Assembly (NCBI GenBank): GCA_030059675.1
Contig: JANVYQ010000017.1
Span: forward strand, 1-21,310
DNA length: 21,310 nt
From: Candidatus Pelearchaeum maunauluense
Lineage (GTDB): Archaea; Thermoproteota; Nitrososphaeria_A; Caldarchaeales; Caldarchaeaceae
Direction of reading: 5' to 3'
The notes beneath the pieces were generated by a model, which worked only from the letters and a program-made list of their open reading frames with translations, was not told the DNA's origin and did not search any database. The position numbers were made by a program, and so were the translations under genes. Positions 17,904 through 21,310 of this stretch are shown here, piece after piece (within the stretch, counting starts at the first letter, position 1; each line of letters opens with the position of its first letter).

Positions 17904-19228
17904 GTTAGGAGTATGTTGTAGGCTGCTGGTATTATGTAGCCCACGGCCAGGAGGAGGCCTGTGGTTGTGGCTAGTTTTATGTTGGTTGCGAGGCCTGGTA
18001 TCATGTAGTAGGGGTTTCCGTAGGTTTCGCTGATTTGCTTTATAGCCTTTCTGGCTGTTGGTATTGTGAGGAGCGCGAGGAGCGTTGTGAAGGGCGCGTA
18101 GCCCGCCGCGAAGGTGAGCACTATGATTACATAGACCAGCGCTATGAGAGCCTTGTAGAGCTTCATCACAGTTTGGTCGTCAAGCCTCACTACCAGCGTT
18201 CTCTTCCCAGCTAGGGCGTCTGCCTTCTTGTCTGGTATCTCGTTGGCATACAGTATGAGCGCTATGAGGATACCCACGGGGAGCGAGGCTAGGAGAGGCG
18301 CTATGTGGAAGCTCTGGGTCTGGACGTAGTAGCTTCCCAAGACTATTACTGGGCCGAAGCCTACTCCAACGGCTATCTCTCCCACGCCGCGGTATGCGAG
18401 CTTGAAGGGAGGGGCTGTGTAGAAGAAGCTTAGGACGAACCCTATGAGCATTAGGGAGAGTATCGGGACGAGCCCGCGTGTTATGGCTAGGTATAGCCCT
18501 ATTCCAAGACCTAGGGCGTAGAACGAGGAGAACATGGCGACCGCGGCTGACGGTGTTATGAGGCCATACTGGAGAGCTCTTGAGCCTCCGCTGAACGGTG
18601 TAGGTGTGGTATTCACGTTATCGGCGCCGAGCTTCGTGTCGTAGTAGTCGTTAGCCATGTTGAGGCCTAGGTGTATGGCTGCAAGCCCGACTAGCGTAAG
18701 TATGAAGAGCAGGGGGTCGAATATTCCGTGATACGCCGCCACCGCAGCGCCCAAGAGCGTGGGTACGACTGTAGCTATTAGGAAAGGCAGGCGCGTAACC
18801 CTGAAGAAGAGGGAGAATAGTGAGAGGGCTGGCTTGAGCTTCCTGCCCAGCTCACGCTCAAGCAACTGCATGTAACGACGGCCGCGCGGAACCGAGATTT
18901 CACAATACTGGAAGAAATGAACCCTATTCTCATCCCAGCTATAACGCCTAGACGGAGTGAAACGTATCTCGTCTTGCTTCTCCTCTACGCCACCCCATAG
19001 TACGATGTAGCGTCTATCCATGTAGCCGCCTGTGGGTAGCGGTGTTATGTGGTTGAATAGGAGACTAACCTTATCTGAGCTTCTCTTCTTCAGCCAGTCA
19101 CGTTTCTCTAATATGACAGTCTCATCCTCTATGCGGTAGCCTGACGGGTAGCTGAACGGATAGCCCTCGTCATCCACGTAGGTTACTATCGCCTCGCCAT
19201 ACTCCCTAACATCCTCCAACATGGTCAT
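17900..19228 (-). CDS. MenA-like UbiA-family prenyltransferase fused to an N-terminal ~130-aa PNPOx-like soluble domain
   Basis: TRLPFL, NDYYDTKLGAD..FSGGSR, YTAPPFKLAYRGVGE, NEIPDKKADALAGKRTL; the N-terminus AIVTYVDDEGYPFSYP...VSLLF...YIVLWG mirrors the upstream split-barrel protein. Confidence 0.88.
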   Translation of the reverse strand: MTMLEDVREYGEAIVTYVDDEGYPFSYPSGYRIEDETVILEKRDWLKKRSSDKVSLLFNHITPLPTGGYMDRRYIVLWGGVEEKQDEIRFTPSRRYSWDENRVHFFQYCEISVPRGRRYMQLLERELGRKLKPALSLFSLFFRVTRLPFLIATVVPTLLGAAVAAYHGIFDPLLFILTLVGLAAIHLGLNMANDYYDTKLGADNVNTTPTPFSGGSRALQYGLITPSAAVAMFSSFYALGLGIGLYLAITRGLVPILSLMLIGFVLSFFYTAPPFKLAYRGVGEIAVGVGFGPVIVLGSYYVQTQSFHIAPLLASLPVGILIALILYANEIPDKKADALAGKRTLVVRLDDQTVMKLYKALIALVYVIIVLTFAAGYAPFTTLLALLTIPTARKAIKQISETYGNPYYMIPGLATNIKLATTTGLLLAVGYIIPAAYNILLT

Positions 19229-19229
19229 C

Positions 19230-19706
19230 TCACCTCACGTATATCTGGGGCTCCCTACTCATGTCCCCATCATTCCAGACATACAGCTTACGCGGCGTTA
19301 GCTCTATTATGCTACGCTCCCAGAAGAGGGGAAGCGCTATACGCTGCTTAACATAAGCATCTATGTAAGGCTCCTTCTTACGCCAAAGCGGTAGTAGCTT
19401 CTCCCACCCATGATGAATATCCTCCTCAAGAACGCGAGCATCCCCCTGAACCAACACTACATGAAACTCATCCGACTTGATGAAGCGCCTATTGCTGAAC
19501 AGTGCAGAAACACGCTGATTCCTCTTAATATACTCCAGCTTCTTACTGAAAAGAACGCTTGATGTGAAGTAGATATTCCCGCTACCGCGCTCATAGAGCG
19601 GGAGTAATGGATGGGTTACTGGTCTGCCGTTCTCGTCTATGCATGTAAAGGCGCAGACCAGCGCGTTCTCAAGTATCTTCTCAACATGGTTGGGTATGAA
19701 GGTCAT
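19230..19706 (-). CDS. Pyridoxamine 5'-phosphate oxidase-like (split beta-barrel flavin/F420/heme-binding) protein
   Basis: FTCIDENGRPVTHP, KKLEYIKRNQRVSALF, VLVQGDARV, IELTPRK; 1-nt gap to the prenyltransferase. Confidence 0.85.
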   Translation of the reverse strand: MTFIPNHVEKILENALVCAFTCIDENGRPVTHPLLPLYERGSGNIYFTSSVLFSKKLEYIKRNQRVSALFSNRRFIKSDEFHVVLVQGDARVLEEDIHHGWEKLLPLWRKKEPYIDAYVKQRIALPLFWERSIIELTPRKLYVWNDGDMSREPQIYVR

Positions 19707-19735
19707 TTCTTGCTATTCTTGTCTGTTGTTTTTCT

Positions 19736-19743
19736 TTTATAAA
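19736..19743 (-). promoter_or_regulatory. TATA box for the PNPOx-prenyltransferase unit
   Basis: TTTATAAA 30 nt upstream of ATG 19706. Confidence 0.55.
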
Positions 19744-19747
19744 TGTT

Positions 19748-20914
19748 TTACCACTTGCTAGTGGTAAAAGGTTCACGGGTAGCTAAAAGCCCCAAACTAG
19801 GAAGAACCGAGGCAACAGCCAGCAGAAGCCATGCTACAACAAAGCCAGAGCCATCAGCCACGATAGAGAAGAGCGTAGGCGCCAGCGAAGCCCCCAACAA
19901 TTGTGTGGAGTTCACTATACTCACAACTAGTGAGGCGTATCGTTGCTCTATGTCGCGGTACTGTATAGCGGTTGAGTAGGTTAGTGTGTATGACACACCA
20001 GCGCTGAACCCCATGATTATTATGGCGAGTAAGACTGGTGGGAAGCTGCGTATTGCGAGGATTGCTATTGCGCCTGAGATTGAGAGGTTAAACAGGAGCA
20101 GTAGTTTAATCCTTGTTCTCAGCTTGTCGGAGATTCTACCACCTACGGGAGAGCCGAAGACACTAAACACCTCCAAAAGGGATGCGGATATTCCAGCAAC
20201 CGCCAGCGACACACCAACCTCGAGCGTCATATACACTATGATGAACTGAACAACCACGAACCACGCTCCCCCAATACCTGTTAGAGCTACTGCCAATAGC
20301 CAGACATCGCGATGTCTGAGCACATGCCTTAGACCTTGACCAAATCCTCTACTCCCACTCTCGCGCGGTAGCCCTGATGTTACTATTGTATTCTGTAGAG
20401 CCATAGCCAAGCCTAGTGCGCCTGCCAGGACTAGGGAGTAGCGCCAGCCTATACTGTTAATGAAGACCGTCCAGAGGCCGAATCCCAGTATGCCGCCCAC
20501 GCTGAAGGCGCTGTTGTATATTCCAATAGCGAAGCCCCTCTCGTTCTCTGAGAAGAGTGGAGAGAAGACCCCGATTGCTGGGCTGAAGAAGAACGCCATA
20601 CCAGCGCCCATCAGGAACCGCAGTATGACTAGAGCCTCGTAGGTTGGTGCAAGCCCTGAGAGAGCTGCGAAGAGGGATGATGAAGCAAGACCAATCATAG
20701 CTGTGTTTCTAGAGCCTATGCGCGCAGCCACGAGGCCGGCGGGTATCTGGAAAACACCCACACCCAGTAGGAAAGCAGTACCAACAGCGCCAAGCTCAGC
20801 CACCTCCAGTCGAAACTCAGAAGCTATAAGCGGAAGAGCTGGCGAGAGGTTAAACCAATTAACTGCATAGACTATCCTAGACGCGGCCAGCGATAGAAGC
20901 ACAACCCAACGCAT
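19748..20914 (-). CDS. MFS transporter
   Basis: About 12 hydrophobic segments; motif-A-like GLVAARIGSR and GGRISDKLRTR; LRFLMGAG; ERGFAIG. Probable start ATG 20914 (track start 20962). Confidence 0.9.
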   Translation of the reverse strand: MRWVVLLSLAASRIVYAVNWFNLSPALPLIASEFRLEVAELGAVGTAFLLGVGVFQIPAGLVAARIGSRNTAMIGLASSSLFAALSGLAPTYEALVILRFLMGAGMAFFFSPAIGVFSPLFSENERGFAIGIYNSAFSVGGILGFGLWTVFINSIGWRYSLVLAGALGLAMALQNTIVTSGLPRESGSRGFGQGLRHVLRHRDVWLLAVALTGIGGAWFVVVQFIIVYMTLEVGVSLAVAGISASLLEVFSVFGSPVGGRISDKLRTRIKLLLLFNLSISGAIAILAIRSFPPVLLAIIIMGFSAGVSYTLTYSTAIQYRDIEQRYASLVVSIVNSTQLLGASLAPTLFSIVADGSGFVVAWLLLAVASVLPSLGLLATREPFTTSKW

Positions 20915-21037
20915 ATTATAGTGAGGCTGTTCCAAACTATCTGGCTGCTCACCGAAAAGCACCTAAAGAATATTCCAACAACCAGCTAGCGCTTTAACAT
21001 TTTTAGTCCCTACCAATAAATATCAAGAACAATAATC

Positions 21038-21310
21038 ATGCCTCTTAGGCAGTATTATTCGGTGATAGGCTTAGTTGGCTATTCACTCCAGTTGATAATG
21101 GGGCTGGCCGCGCTCTACCTGCTTACGCTAGGCCTCCCTAGAGAAGCTATCACAAGTTTCAGCCCATTACAACAGAATATCCTAACCACCCGCTACATCC
21201 CCATCTCAATCATAAACGCAGCTTCTGCAAGCCTCGCTTACTTGGCGTGGCTCTTGGCTGGTATTGATGTGCGCAGAAAGCTCTTCATAACTCTAGGCAT
21301 CCTAGGGATG
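21038..21310 (+). CDS. Hypothetical membrane protein, runs off the window end
   Basis: Open frame MPLRQYYSVIGLVGYSLQLIMGLAALYLLTLGL...KLFITLGILGM with no stop; hydrophobic; AT-rich upstream. Confidence 0.55.
   Translation, partial: MPLRQYYSVIGLVGYSLQLIMGLAALYLLTLGLPREAITSFSPLQQNILTTRYIPISIINAASASLAYLAWLLAGIDVRRKLFITLGILGM

Noticed and set aside
1-21310. CRISPR array, tRNA, rRNA or intact IS element
   Set aside because: No periodic repeats, RNA-gene signatures or transposase ORFs were seen by eye.

Overview
Archaeal DNA, judged from TATA-box promoters about 25-30 nt before start codons, AGG/ATA codon use and a PaREP1 remnant; a TACK/Aigarchaeota-like thermophile is an inference. The left ~5.6 kb is a decaying accessory zone: a broken GT87/PIG-M-like membrane glycosyltransferase, a ~0.74 kb mobile-element relic (integrase-type C-terminal tail plus an unknown Zn-binding protein), a broken RDD gene and two tandem CBS-domain paralogs. 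The centre holds an intact TtuA/NcsA-type thiolase and a catabolic-looking cluster: a three-subunit xanthine-dehydrogenase-family molybdoenzyme, two divergent YgeW-like (non-OTC) carbamoyltransferases, carbamate kinase and two fold-type-II PLP enzymes, interleaved with PIN, CcdA/thioredoxin and PaREP1 pseudogenes. The right end has a two-gene unit of a PNPOx-like split-barrel protein and a MenA/UbiA prenyltransferase carrying a second PNPOx-like N-terminal domain, then an MFS transporter. The best candidates for undescribed biology are (1) an archaeal variant of the ygeW/xdh/carbamate-kinase ureide-purine catabolic pathway with two carbamoyltransferases, and (2) the split-barrel/prenyltransferase fusion system. 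All family calls are from motif recognition by eye; no searches were run.
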